Shown: positions 27,073 to 35,508 of the stretch, one piece after another
Layout of the letters: each line of letters begins with the position of its first letter
Position numbering within the stretch: position 1 is the stretch's first letter
DNA from: an uncultured Clostridium sp.
GTDB taxonomy: Bacteria > Bacillota > Clostridia > TANB77 > CAG-508
Reading direction: 5' to 3'
NCBI GenBank assembly: GCA_930990555.1
Contig: CAKNPW010000005.1
Location: 3,770-67,769 of the forward strand
Length of the DNA stretch: 64,000 nt
The notes under the pieces: model-generated
The model's input: the letters and a program-made list of their open reading frames with translations, nothing else
Told to the model about the DNA's origin: nothing
Databases searched by the model: none
Position numbers and translations under genes: made by a program

Positions 27073-28095
27073 TTAATTACTTGTACTTGTTGTAGTTGTA
27101 TTAGTTGTACTTGTAGCAGCCGCATCTGCTGCTGCAGCTGCATCTTCAAGTGATTGTAAATATTGTTGTCTTAATTCTTTTTGTTGTGTAATATGTTCTT
27201 CTACTGAAGACTCTAAATTAGATTTTCTTTCATCTGATTCAACACTATTTATTTGATTATTAATATAATTTTCTCTTAAGTTACGATCATATCTACTAGC
27301 TATAGCAGATTTTGCTTCATCAACGATGTTTGGATTTGAACTCATTAAGTTCAATGCTTCTGAGCTTACTGGATATGTTGGAGTTGCAGCAACTTGCATT
27401 CCAGGATCTGTATATCTTGTTACATACATTTCTACAGCTTTTAATTGGTAAAGCTCTATTATCGCACTTGACATTGAGATTGTTTCATCTTCTGATAAAT
27501 TAATACTTATTACTCCCTCTGCTGGTGCTCCTGCAATTTCTGGAATTGTTACTTGCTTTTTAGCAACTACTATGTAATCTTGACCATTACCAAAACGTAT
27601 ACGAACATCTACAAAATCGCCATCTGCTAAATCTGTTGGTAATGACAACATATTATATTCTTGTTTTCTTAAATCATTTGTAACTTGTTCAGAACTTGTT
27701 GTTAACATATCTTTAGTTAAAATTGTACCTGCTTTTAAATCTATTTTTGCAACTAAATCTGTTCTTGCTTCAGATTGGCTCTCATTAGAATAAAAGTCAG
27801 ATGGAGTTGCTACATTTGCTGGTACTACACTACTATCTGCAACTTTTTGAGTTACATTAGGTGTTCTAGATGTATCTCCTTCTACTGCAGTAATTTGTAT
27901 TCCTGAACCAGAAGCAACATCTTCTGATACAACATAAACAGTTCTTTGTGCTGCTGCTATTGCATCTTGTTCTTTCTTTAAATTAATTAATTGCATAAAT
28001 AATAAAGCTATTACTATTGCAGCAATAATTAACATTACTAACATTCCTAATAAAAATGATACTCTTTTTTGTCTTTGCATTGGATTTGAAGCCAT
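27073..28095 (-). CDS. CpaB/RcpC-like pilus assembly protein (SAF domain), 340 aa
   Basis: N-terminal TM helix, SAF-like VAKIDLKAGTILTKDML and RcpC-like LPTDLADGDFVDVRIRF. The Ala/Thr-rich tail is low complexity. Confidence 0.7.
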   Translation of the reverse strand: MASNPMQRQKRVSFLLGMLVMLIIAAIVIALLFMQLINLKKEQDAIAAAQRTVYVVSEDVASGSGIQITAVEGDTSRTPNVTQKVADSSVVPANVATPSDFYSNESQSEARTDLVAKIDLKAGTILTKDMLTTSSEQVTNDLRKQEYNMLSLPTDLADGDFVDVRIRFGNGQDYIVVAKKQVTIPEIAGAPAEGVISINLSEDETISMSSAIIELYQLKAVEMYVTRYTDPGMQVAATPTYPVSSEALNLMSSNPNIVDEAKSAIASRYDRNLRENYINNQINSVESDERKSNLESSVEEHITQQKELRQQYLQSLEDAAAAADAAATSTTNTTTTSTSN

Positions 28096-28225
28096 TTATT
28101 ATTCCTCCTTAAATATTTAAAATTCAATATAATCTGATTTTATTTTACAACACTCTACCTTTTAAAACAATATATACAGCTATTTCGTAATCTAAATATA
28201 ATATTCTTGTAATATTGCAGTAATA

Positions 28226-29098
28226 TTATAGTACAATATTTTCCAGTGCCTTTGCTACACCATCGTCATCATTTGTTTTTGTTATAAAATCAGCTACTTT
28301 TTTCACTTGATCATTACTATGCCCCATAGCAATTCCAAGTCCTGCATTTTTTATCATAAGTATATCATTGTTATTGTCACCTAAAGATATAACATCTTCT
28401 TGTTTTATGTTTTCTAATTTCATAATTTCTTCTATTGCATACCATTTATCTACATTTTTACTACTAACTTCAGTATAATAATACCCAACAGATATTTCTT
28501 TTGTTCCTGATTTTATCTTTTTTTGTGACATATGAGAAACCTCTAATACATCTATGTTAGATATATTTTTTAACTTGCGCAATATACTCGAAAAAACAAT
28601 TTTACTTTCATCACATATTGTTATTTTAAGGAACTTATCTGTATTTATACTTTTTATATAGTCGTAAACATCTTCTACTATATTTATTTCCGTTTTCTTA
28701 TCGCCACTTTTTTTGGTATTTTCATAATTATAAAAAGCAACATTATAATTTAAAGATTTCGCAATTACAGAACTTTCTGTATAAATATTATAATAAATGC
28801 TATTTTTTTCGCATAATTCTACTATCTCTAAAACTTTTTCTTTATTTAAATAATTTTCATATAGAATCTCATCTTTTTGCATATCATATAATACAGAACC
28901 ATTACCTGAAATATAATATTTGTTTGCCCCTATTTCTTTTGCAATTGTAAGTACAGATTCTGAAATTCTTCCAGATGCTAAAACAACTAAAATACCTTTT
29001 TCTGTTACTTTTTTTATTATGTTTTTTGTATATTCTGTAACTTCACCATATTTATTTAATAAAGTTCCATCTAAGTCAATTGTTATTAATTTATACAT
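28226..29098 (-). CDS. Cof-type HAD-IIB phosphatase
   Basis: MYKLITIDLDGTLLN and GDNNNDILM are HAD motifs I and IV. Confidence 0.85.
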   Translation of the reverse strand: MYKLITIDLDGTLLNKYGEVTEYTKNIIKKVTEKGILVVLASGRISESVLTIAKEIGANKYYISGNGSVLYDMQKDEILYENYLNKEKVLEIVELCEKNSIYYNIYTESSVIAKSLNYNVAFYNYENTKKSGDKKTEINIVEDVYDYIKSINTDKFLKITICDESKIVFSSILRKLKNISNIDVLEVSHMSQKKIKSGTKEISVGYYYTEVSSKNVDKWYAIEEIMKLENIKQEDVISLGDNNNDILMIKNAGLGIAMGHSNDQVKKVADFITKTNDDDGVAKALENIVL

Positions 29099-29192
29099 TT
29101 TTTCTATTCCTTTCTACTTATCACTACAATAATATATATTATTATCATTTTTTTTACAATATATATCTTTTTTATTTTTCAAATTTTTTCCA

Positions 29193-29221
29193 GAATATTT
29201 TTTTATGATTTACACATCATA
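29193..29221 (+). promoter_or_regulatory. Forespore sigma-G-type promoter of the SASP gene
   Basis: GAATA (29193-29197), 17 nt of spacer, CATCATA (29215-29221). This matches the GHATR-17/18-CATnnTA pattern known for ssp genes. Confidence 0.5.
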
Positions 29222-29286
29222 TATATTGAAAAGGAAATCTTCTTTTCAACGAATTTTTTTTACAATCCTAGGAGGTGAATTTTATA

Positions 29287-29493
29287 ATGGCATATTCAAA
29301 TTCAAACAAAAAATTAGTTCCTGAAGCAATGAACGCTTTAGATAAATTCAAATATGAAGTAGCTTCTGAAGTTGGTGTTAACTTAAAAGAAGGATATAAT
29401 GGTGATATTTCTTCAAGAGACGCTGGTAGAATAGGTGGAAACATGGTTAAGAAAATGGTTCAAAAATATGAAAACGAAATGTTAAATAGATAG
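29287..29493 (+). CDS. Alpha/beta-type small acid-soluble spore protein
   Basis: MAYSNSNKKLVPEAMNALDKFKYEVASEVGV...GGNMVKKMV is a canonical SASP. I prefer the ATG at 29287 after AGGAGG. Confidence 0.9.
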   Translation: MAYSNSNKKLVPEAMNALDKFKYEVASEVGVNLKEGYNGDISSRDAGRIGGNMVKKMVQKYENEMLNR

Positions 29494-29510
29494 TTTCCAT
29501 TTTAACTTTT

Positions 29511-29580
29511 ATAACGGATTCAAGAATTTTTAAACATATTTTTATGTTAGAAAATCTAGAATCCGTTATCTTTTTCTTTT
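29511..29580 (+). terminator. Intrinsic terminator of the SASP gene (long compound hairpin)
   Basis: ATAACGGATTC ... GAATCCGTTAT followed by CTTTTTCTTTT. Confidence 0.7.
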
Positions 29581-29640
29581 AGAGATTTATTGTGTTAAAG
29601 TTTTATATTATTTTCATACATTATAAAATTACAACTAAAA

Positions 29641-29670
29641 AGGGATTTTGAGGAACGTCCCCAAATCCCT
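29641..29670 (-). repeat. Family-1 hairpin repeat, copy 3, just downstream of hpf
   Basis: The minus strand reads AGGGATTTGGGGACGTTCCTCAAAATCCCT, then TTTTAG. Confidence 0.8.
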
Positions 29671-29675
29671 TTTGA

Positions 29676-30197
29676 TTATGCTTCTGGCTCTATTAAACCA
29701 TAATTTTTATTATCTTTTAATTTATAAATAACATTTACTTTACCATTTTCTAAATTAACAAATGTTAAGAATGTATTTCCTTTATTTTCTTGTAATTTTA
29801 ATTTTGCATCTTCTGGTGTCATTGGTTTTATTTCATAATATAATTCTTTTATTATTTCGTTTTCTGGTTCTGTTTGCTCTTCTTCTTGAGAAGCTCTAAT
29901 TGTTGCTTCTTTATTTAATTTTTCTTTTTTAGTTTTAGTTTTTCTTATTTGTCCTTCTACTATATCTATATTTTTGTCTATAGACGCATATAAGTCTTTA
30001 TGTGCTGTTACTGCCTTGTATGTAACACCTTGGTATGCAACTCTTGTTTCTGCTATTTGCTCATTTCCTTCGACTTTTATTGTAACTGTTCCGTCAAAAT
30101 CGTCTAAGTATTTTGTTAATTTTTCCATTTTCTTTTCTGCATAATCTCTTATTGCATCTGTAACTTCTAAATCCTTTCCAACAACTTTTATATTCAT
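29676..30197 (-). CDS. hpf: Ribosome hibernation promoting factor (long form)
   Basis: MNIKVVGKDLEVTDAIRDYAEKKMEKL... with the C-terminal dimerisation domain. The start at 30197 follows GAGGAGAG. Confidence 0.9.
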   Translation of the reverse strand: MNIKVVGKDLEVTDAIRDYAEKKMEKLTKYLDDFDGTVTIKVEGNEQIAETRVAYQGVTYKAVTAHKDLYASIDKNIDIVEGQIRKTKTKKEKLNKEATIRASQEEEQTEPENEIIKELYYEIKPMTPEDAKLKLQENKGNTFLTFVNLENGKVNVIYKLKDNKNYGLIEPEA

Positions 30198-30297
30198 AAA
30201 AATCTCTCCTCTCAATTATTTTGCTTTCTTTTGTTATAAATTTATTATATATGGTAATATGCTTTTTTTCAAGTTTATTTTATTTTTTTATGTGTTA

Positions 30298-31026
30298 TTA
30301 AAAAATATTCTCCATTTTATACTCTTTTTCTAGTTTATCATTTAGGTATAATTTAGCTATTATTTCTAGTTCTTTTACCGATTCCTCTCCTATATTGAAT
30401 GAAAATACCTTTTTAGGTGGTGACATTACAATATATTTTATAGCTTGCATTGTTGATTTCTCCATATGAATACAACTTGCATCCTGTTTTCCACAAATAT
30501 TACACTTAAAGCCATTAGCTTTTAGACTAAAAAATTCTAAATTTTCTGTCTTGTTACAATTTACACATATTCTAACATTTGGTGCAAATCCAAGTATGCT
30601 TACTAATTTAATTTTAAATATTGCTAGAATAAATTCTAAATCTTTGTCTGTTTCGGATATCATATATAGTGTATTTAAATATAATTGCAATATTCTATAA
30701 GAGTTTTCATTCTCGTTTGTAACATCTATTATTATTTTAGTTATAAAAGATGCATATTCTAATTTTTTTAAATCTTTTCTTATATTGTAAAAAATTTCTA
30801 TTGGTTCACATGAATTTATATAATATGTAGAACTAGTTTTATATAATATATAATCTCCAAAACACAAAAATTGGCTACCTACAAGGAGCGAACTTCTAAA
30901 TCTTTTCGCTCCTCTGGCAGCACAAGAAATTTTTCCTAGCCCTGGTGTTAACATTGTTAACATTTTATCAAAATCACCCATATTACGTTCAACTAATATA
31001 ATTCCTTTTGTCTTTATTGTTCCCAT
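30298..31026 (-). CDS. recO: DNA repair protein RecO
   Basis: 242 aa with an N-terminal OB-fold sequence, a Cys4 zinc motif (CVNC...CNIC) and synteny era-yqzL-recO. Confidence 0.88.
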   Translation of the reverse strand: MGTIKTKGIILVERNMGDFDKMLTMLTPGLGKISCAARGAKRFRSSLLVGSQFLCFGDYILYKTSSTYYINSCEPIEIFYNIRKDLKKLEYASFITKIIIDVTNENENSYRILQLYLNTLYMISETDKDLEFILAIFKIKLVSILGFAPNVRICVNCNKTENLEFFSLKANGFKCNICGKQDASCIHMEKSTMQAIKYIVMSPPKKVFSFNIGEESVKELEIIAKLYLNDKLEKEYKMENIF

Positions 31027-31135
31027 TTTTTTCTTCCTCTATTTTCTTTTCTAAATCTCTTAATTGTTTAAATTCCATAAATGTATTTATATTGCCTGTT
31101 TTTTTAAAGGTATTCCAAGCTATTTGTTTAAACAT
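30989..31135 (-). CDS. yqzL: YqzL-family small protein (48 aa), absent from the ORF track
   Basis: RBS AAGGAGATGATTTC precedes the ATG at 31135. The translation is MFKQIAWNTFKKTGNINTFMEFKQLRDLEKKIEEEKNGNNKDKRNYIS. It sits between era and recO as in Bacilli and Clostridia, and overlaps the recO start by 38 nt. Confidence 0.6.
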   Translation of the reverse strand: MFKQIAWNTFKKTGNINTFMEFKQLRDLEKKIEEEKNGNNKDKRNYIS

Positions 31136-31185
31136 GAAATCATCTCCTTTATACTATCTTTTGTATTTTATGTTTTTTTATTCAA

Positions 31186-32088
31186 TTAGTTGAATTTAAA
31201 TTTTTTTACTATGCTATCTTTATCCTGCCAATCTTCTTTTACTTTTACCCATACTTTTAAATTTAATTTTGTACCTAACATTTTTTCTAATTCCATTCTT
31301 GCACTTGTTACTATCCTTTTTAACATTACCCCATTTTTACCTATAATGATTCCTTTATGCGAATTTCTTAAGCAATATATTGTAGCATCCACATCATAAA
31401 TTTCTGCTCCTTTAGTTGTATTCCTTAATTTCATTTTTTCTACTTCGACATATATACCATGGGGTACCTCTTCGCTTAAAAATTTTAAAGCCTTTTCTCT
31501 AATAACTTCTTCTACTAGTTGTCTTGATGTTTGGTCTGTATACTCGTCTATATCATAATATGCAGGTCCAGGTTTTAGATTTTTTTCTATTGCATCTAAA
31601 ATAGTCGTTACTCCTTTGTTGTTAAGAGCAGAAATTGGTATAATCTCTTCAAAATTATATTCTTTTCTATACATGTCTATTACTTTTAAAATCTCTTCTT
31701 TTTGTATTAAATCTATTTTATTTAGTATTAAAATAGTTTTTCTATTTATTTGTTTTATTTTTTCTAGTATTATTCTATCTCCTTTTGTTATCTCTTTTTT
31801 GGAACAATCTACTATAAATAAAATAATATCAACATCCTCTGCAATTTCATAGGCTGTTTCTAACATTGTTTCTCCTAGTTTTGTTTTTGGTTTGTGTACA
31901 CCTGGAGTATCTATAAAAATTATTTGTGAATTTTCTCTATTAACAATTGCTCTTATTGCTGTCCTAGTTGTTTGTGATTTATTTACTGTTATTGCGACTT
32001 TTTCACCTACTAATTTATTTATAAGTGTTGATTTACCAACATTAGTTCTTCCTATTATTGCAACAAACCCTGATTTAAACTCTGCCAT
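31186..32088 (-). CDS. era: GTPase Era
   Basis: GRTNVGKST, DTPG and NKID G-motifs, plus a C-terminal KH domain. Confidence 0.95.
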   Translation of the reverse strand: MAEFKSGFVAIIGRTNVGKSTLINKLVGEKVAITVNKSQTTRTAIRAIVNRENSQIIFIDTPGVHKPKTKLGETMLETAYEIAEDVDIILFIVDCSKKEITKGDRIILEKIKQINRKTILILNKIDLIQKEEILKVIDMYRKEYNFEEIIPISALNNKGVTTILDAIEKNLKPGPAYYDIDEYTDQTSRQLVEEVIREKALKFLSEEVPHGIYVEVEKMKLRNTTKGAEIYDVDATIYCLRNSHKGIIIGKNGVMLKRIVTSARMELEKMLGTKLNLKVWVKVKEDWQDKDSIVKKFKFN

Positions 32089-32291
32089 TTGCTCTTTCCT
32101 TTCTATTTACTTATATTAACATATCTTAATCTATTTTTTTGTAGAAACTTAGTACTTATCAAAATTATTTCGTAAATATTTTAGCATACTTTTATAATTA
32201 ATAAAAGACTAGCTTAAATAAAACTAGTCTTCATATACAATTTAATTCATCACTTTATATTCATATAAACTAAACTTCGATAACGATTTAA

Positions 32292-33365
32292 TTATTCAAA
32301 TGTTACATTACTATCTATTGGGCATATATTAAAAAATGTATTTCCATTATTTACTTGTATTTCATTTCCATTTAAGTCTCTATATATAGTTTGAGAAGTT
32401 CTACTATTTTTTATACATTTAATTTTTATTGCTTTTCCATTTGTTATATAATATCCATCATTTGTTCCTACATCAGCCAAATCTTGCCTATCTTTATTTT
32501 CATTATCTTTTAAAGGGGTATTTTTAGCAAATGTAACTATTATATTTTTGGTTGTTATTGCTTCCCCTGTTTCCATATCTGTTTGTTTTTCTCCTCTTGC
32601 ATATCTTGTATATCGTTTTGATTCCGAGTCATATTTATAATTTACAGTATGCAAGTCTGAATATGGTATTGTAACGTCATTTGCAATAATACCATCCTCT
32701 AAATTAACTTCATCTAAAGTATAATTTAGCACACTATTTTTTTCTGATGTCGTATCATATTTTTTATCTTTTGCGATTTCTAATATATCTTTCATACTAG
32801 TTAATACATTGTGAGGTGATGACTTTTCCTTTGTTCTCCAGAAACTGTCTGTACTTTCAGTTATTCCGTTAATATTATCAATATCTAAAGAAGATATATC
32901 AGATTCCGCTTTTGGGCTCCATCCATAATGTACATAAATTGCATCATTTTCAAGTGCATAATCTAAGAAATAATGTCTTGCACTACGCACAGGGCCTATT
33001 TCTTTTAAATCTACTCCTTTAAAAAGAGCCATTAACCTGGTTTCTCCGCCTTCTACAATTATTTCATAAACACTATATGCATTATTTAAACCAACTTGTG
33101 GCCATGCACCCTTATGATTATCTATCATAATAGCTATTGGTCTATCATTTCCTTCAAATATACTTTTAGGTTGTTCTGGTTCTTCTTCCTTTAACCCTTC
33201 TCCCACTCCTAAATCTACAGTTGGATTTTCTTTATTTTGATCATATATATATATATAATAACATGCTCCTGCTACTGCTAATATTAATATTAAAATTATT
33301 ATAAGTATTATTGGCATTTTTTTGCTTTTGTGTTTTGGTTTTGTTCTTTTTCCTTTACTACTCAT
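32292..33365 (-). CDS. DUF3048-domain protein (YerB-like), membrane anchored
   Basis: RPIAIMIDNHKGAWPQVGLNNAYSVYEIIVEGGETRLMALF is characteristic of DUF3048. Confidence 0.75.
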   Translation of the reverse strand: MSSKGKRTKPKHKSKKMPIILIIILILILAVAGACYYIYIYDQNKENPTVDLGVGEGLKEEEPEQPKSIFEGNDRPIAIMIDNHKGAWPQVGLNNAYSVYEIIVEGGETRLMALFKGVDLKEIGPVRSARHYFLDYALENDAIYVHYGWSPKAESDISSLDIDNINGITESTDSFWRTKEKSSPHNVLTSMKDILEIAKDKKYDTTSEKNSVLNYTLDEVNLEDGIIANDVTIPYSDLHTVNYKYDSESKRYTRYARGEKQTDMETGEAITTKNIIVTFAKNTPLKDNENKDRQDLADVGTNDGYYITNGKAIKIKCIKNSRTSQTIYRDLNGNEIQVNNGNTFFNICPIDSNVTFE

Positions 33366-33387
33366 GTTATTCCTCTCTTATTTCAAT

Positions 33388-33777
33388 CTATAAAAATAAT
33401 TGAACAATTTTATCTGAAAATAAAAAATAAGAAACTATTAAAGCATTTAATGCTGTTAAAACAACTGCACCTGCTGCTACGTCCTTTGCTATTTTTGCTT
33501 TTTCATGATATTCTTCTGTACATAAATCGACTACTGCTTCTACTGCTGTATTCATCATTTCTGTTCCTAGAACTAAAAATACAGAAAGCATTAATATTGC
33601 CCATTCTGCATTATTTATTTTTAATATGATTCCTAGTATTGTTACAATAATTCCTGCTACTAATTGAATTTTTAAATTTCTTTGTGTCTTAAAACCATGT
33701 GCTATTCCAGAAAAAGCATTTTTCCAGGCTTCTATAAAATTTTTATTATATAATCTGCTATCTTTCTTTTTGTCCAT
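33388..33777 (-). CDS. dgkA: Diacylglycerol/undecaprenol kinase family protein
   Basis: 129 aa with 3 TM helices and the motif VLGTEMMNTAVEAVVD. Confidence 0.85.
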   Translation of the reverse strand: MDKKKDSRLYNKNFIEAWKNAFSGIAHGFKTQRNLKIQLVAGIIVTILGIILKINNAEWAILMLSVFLVLGTEMMNTAVEAVVDLCTEEYHEKAKIAKDVAAGAVVLTALNALIVSYFLFSDKIVQLFL

Positions 33778-33779
33778 AA

Positions 33780-34256
33780 TTACTCCCTATTAATATTTAA
33801 ATCTTTTAGTACTTTTTCTTCTTTTTCTCTCATTATTTTTTTTTCATCATCCTTTATATGGTCATATCCCATTAAATGATAAAATCCATGAACCAACATA
33901 TATGCTAATTCCCTTTCGAAACTATGTCCATATTCATCAGCTTGAATTTTTACTTGGCTTAAATTAATAATTATATCTCCTAGTACTTCTGGTACAATGC
34001 TCTTTTCTTTTTGCAACTGTTCTACTTCTTCTTTTTCGAACATAGGAAAAGATAAAACGTCTGTTGCTCTATCTATATTCCTATATTCCTTATTATATGA
34101 TTGTATATCGATTGGTGTAGTAAAAATAATACTTATGGTTATGTTTTTGTCTACTAAATTTTCTATTTCAAAGCATTTATTTATAACTTTTTCTGTTAAA
34201 TTTGAATACATGTCATTAGGTTCTACATTTAAATATTCTATATCTGTATACTTCAT
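33780..34256 (-). CDS. ybeY: rRNA maturation endoribonuclease YbeY
   Basis: HGFYHLMGYDH zinc motif. Confidence 0.92.
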   Translation of the reverse strand: MKYTDIEYLNVEPNDMYSNLTEKVINKCFEIENLVDKNITISIIFTTPIDIQSYNKEYRNIDRATDVLSFPMFEKEEVEQLQKEKSIVPEVLGDIIINLSQVKIQADEYGHSFERELAYMLVHGFYHLMGYDHIKDDEKKIMREKEEKVLKDLNINRE

Positions 34257-34277
34257 TTTTATATCCTTTCTGTTTAT

Positions 34278-35504
34278 TTACCCAATCTCTTTTTTTTCTT
34301 GTCTTTTGAGTCTTGAATATATTTTTTTTGAAGTTTTACATTTATTTTTAATTTCTTTCATTACCCCTAATTCTACTAATTTACTTTTATAAAAACCTAT
34401 TATTTTTGAATAATCCCTTTTAGCTGCTCGTAATTTCTTCAAATCTGCTCTTATAAATAATATTTCTTTTAGTTTTTCATATTTTTCTAAATTTTCTTCT
34501 TTACCTTTTTGTAATTTTTTATATTCATTCCAGAACAACTTATATTCTTCTCTATCTGATGGTTTGTCCCAATAAATTTTTGTAGAAAGAAGCCTAATAT
34601 TATAGTCTTCTATTAATTCTATTAATAATTTATAAGCTGCTTCTTTCTTACTTGCTATTGTCGTAGTAACAATAATTTGTCTTAAATCTTTTAATATTTT
34701 TACATAACATTGTTCTGCAACAACTAGTGGTAAACTATGTGTAAATAATTGTCTACTTATTCCTAGTAAAATCATTCTCTTTTCTATAGTATCTTTAATG
34801 TCTAATTTACCAACTGTAAATCTATCAAATTTTTCATATTGTGAAATTATGTTTTTATACATATTACTATCATCTAATTTAAGTTTTAATGGTAATACTT
34901 CTGTTATATAATCTTCTAATAAATCAAATATTTTATCATATATAATATTTTTATCCTGATATGTTAAATTATCTGCAAGTTGAATAGAATAATGTTTTAA
35001 TACTCCTTTATATAGTTGCTCTATTTTTACACTATAAAATCTTTCGTATCTAGGAAGTATTTTGCTTTCTTCTGATTTTAATGTTTGATAATCTAGTTGC
35101 AACAAATATTGTTGCTTTTTATATTTATATTCTAAGTATTCTGTTTGTTTTAAATGAATTACTTCATAATAGTTTGAAAGTGCATCTCTTTCAAAATCTG
35201 TAGCAGTACCATTTTTTACTTTTTTATAAATTGAGTCCATAATATATTTATCTATTGCTTCTAGATATAATGTATAAGCATCCTCATATTTTTTAGACAA
35301 ATTTTCTTTTTTGGCTTCGTCCTTGGTTTCATTTTTATATGTTTCAAATGATTTTACTAAACTACTTCTCTTTATAGAAATCATTATGCCATTAATACCT
35401 AATTTGGTTGGTATTAATAATCTATTTATAGTATTTGTTAATTTTGTAAAAAAATTTTTATTTGTGCTAACTACTCTAAGACTTCTTTGCTCCATTTTTA
35501 TCAT
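34278..35504 (-). CDS. Hypothetical K/E/Y-rich protein (405-408 aa) occupying the phoH/yqfF position
   Basis: Long ORF, with the ATG at 35495 best placed behind AAAGGA. It has no P-loop, no TM segment and no family I recognise. Confidence 0.65.
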   Translation of the reverse strand: MIKMEQRSLRVVSTNKNFFTKLTNTINRLLIPTKLGINGIMISIKRSSLVKSFETYKNETKDEAKKENLSKKYEDAYTLYLEAIDKYIMDSIYKKVKNGTATDFERDALSNYYEVIHLKQTEYLEYKYKKQQYLLQLDYQTLKSEESKILPRYERFYSVKIEQLYKGVLKHYSIQLADNLTYQDKNIIYDKIFDLLEDYITEVLPLKLKLDDSNMYKNIISQYEKFDRFTVGKLDIKDTIEKRMILLGISRQLFTHSLPLVVAEQCYVKILKDLRQIIVTTTIASKKEAAYKLLIELIEDYNIRLLSTKIYWDKPSDREEYKLFWNEYKKLQKGKEENLEKYEKLKEILFIRADLKKLRAAKRDYSKIIGFYKSKLVELGVMKEIKNKCKTSKKIYSRLKRQEKKEIG

Positions 35505-35508
35505 CCTT

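Noticed and set aside
27073-27140. A low-complexity repeat (gtagttgta/gcagc units) at the 3' end of the CpaB-like gene.
   Set aside because: It is in-frame coding for an Ala/Thr/Ser-rich tail (AAAAADAAATSTTNTTTTSTSN), not an independent repeat element.
15766-28225. The pilus-like locus might be a genomic island or a conjugative or prophage element.
   Set aside because: I saw no integrase, recombinase, relaxase, tRNA attachment site or flanking direct repeats. Its flanks are core sporulation and housekeeping genes, and its codon and AT character look like the rest of the window by eye (not computed).
28096-28225. A possible promoter (TTGTTT-17-TAAAAT on the minus strand) for the pilus-like operon.
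   Set aside because: It is a weak match in extremely AT-rich DNA, and no terminator separates the upstream HAD phosphatase gene. I cannot tell an own promoter from read-through, so I did not report it as a feature.
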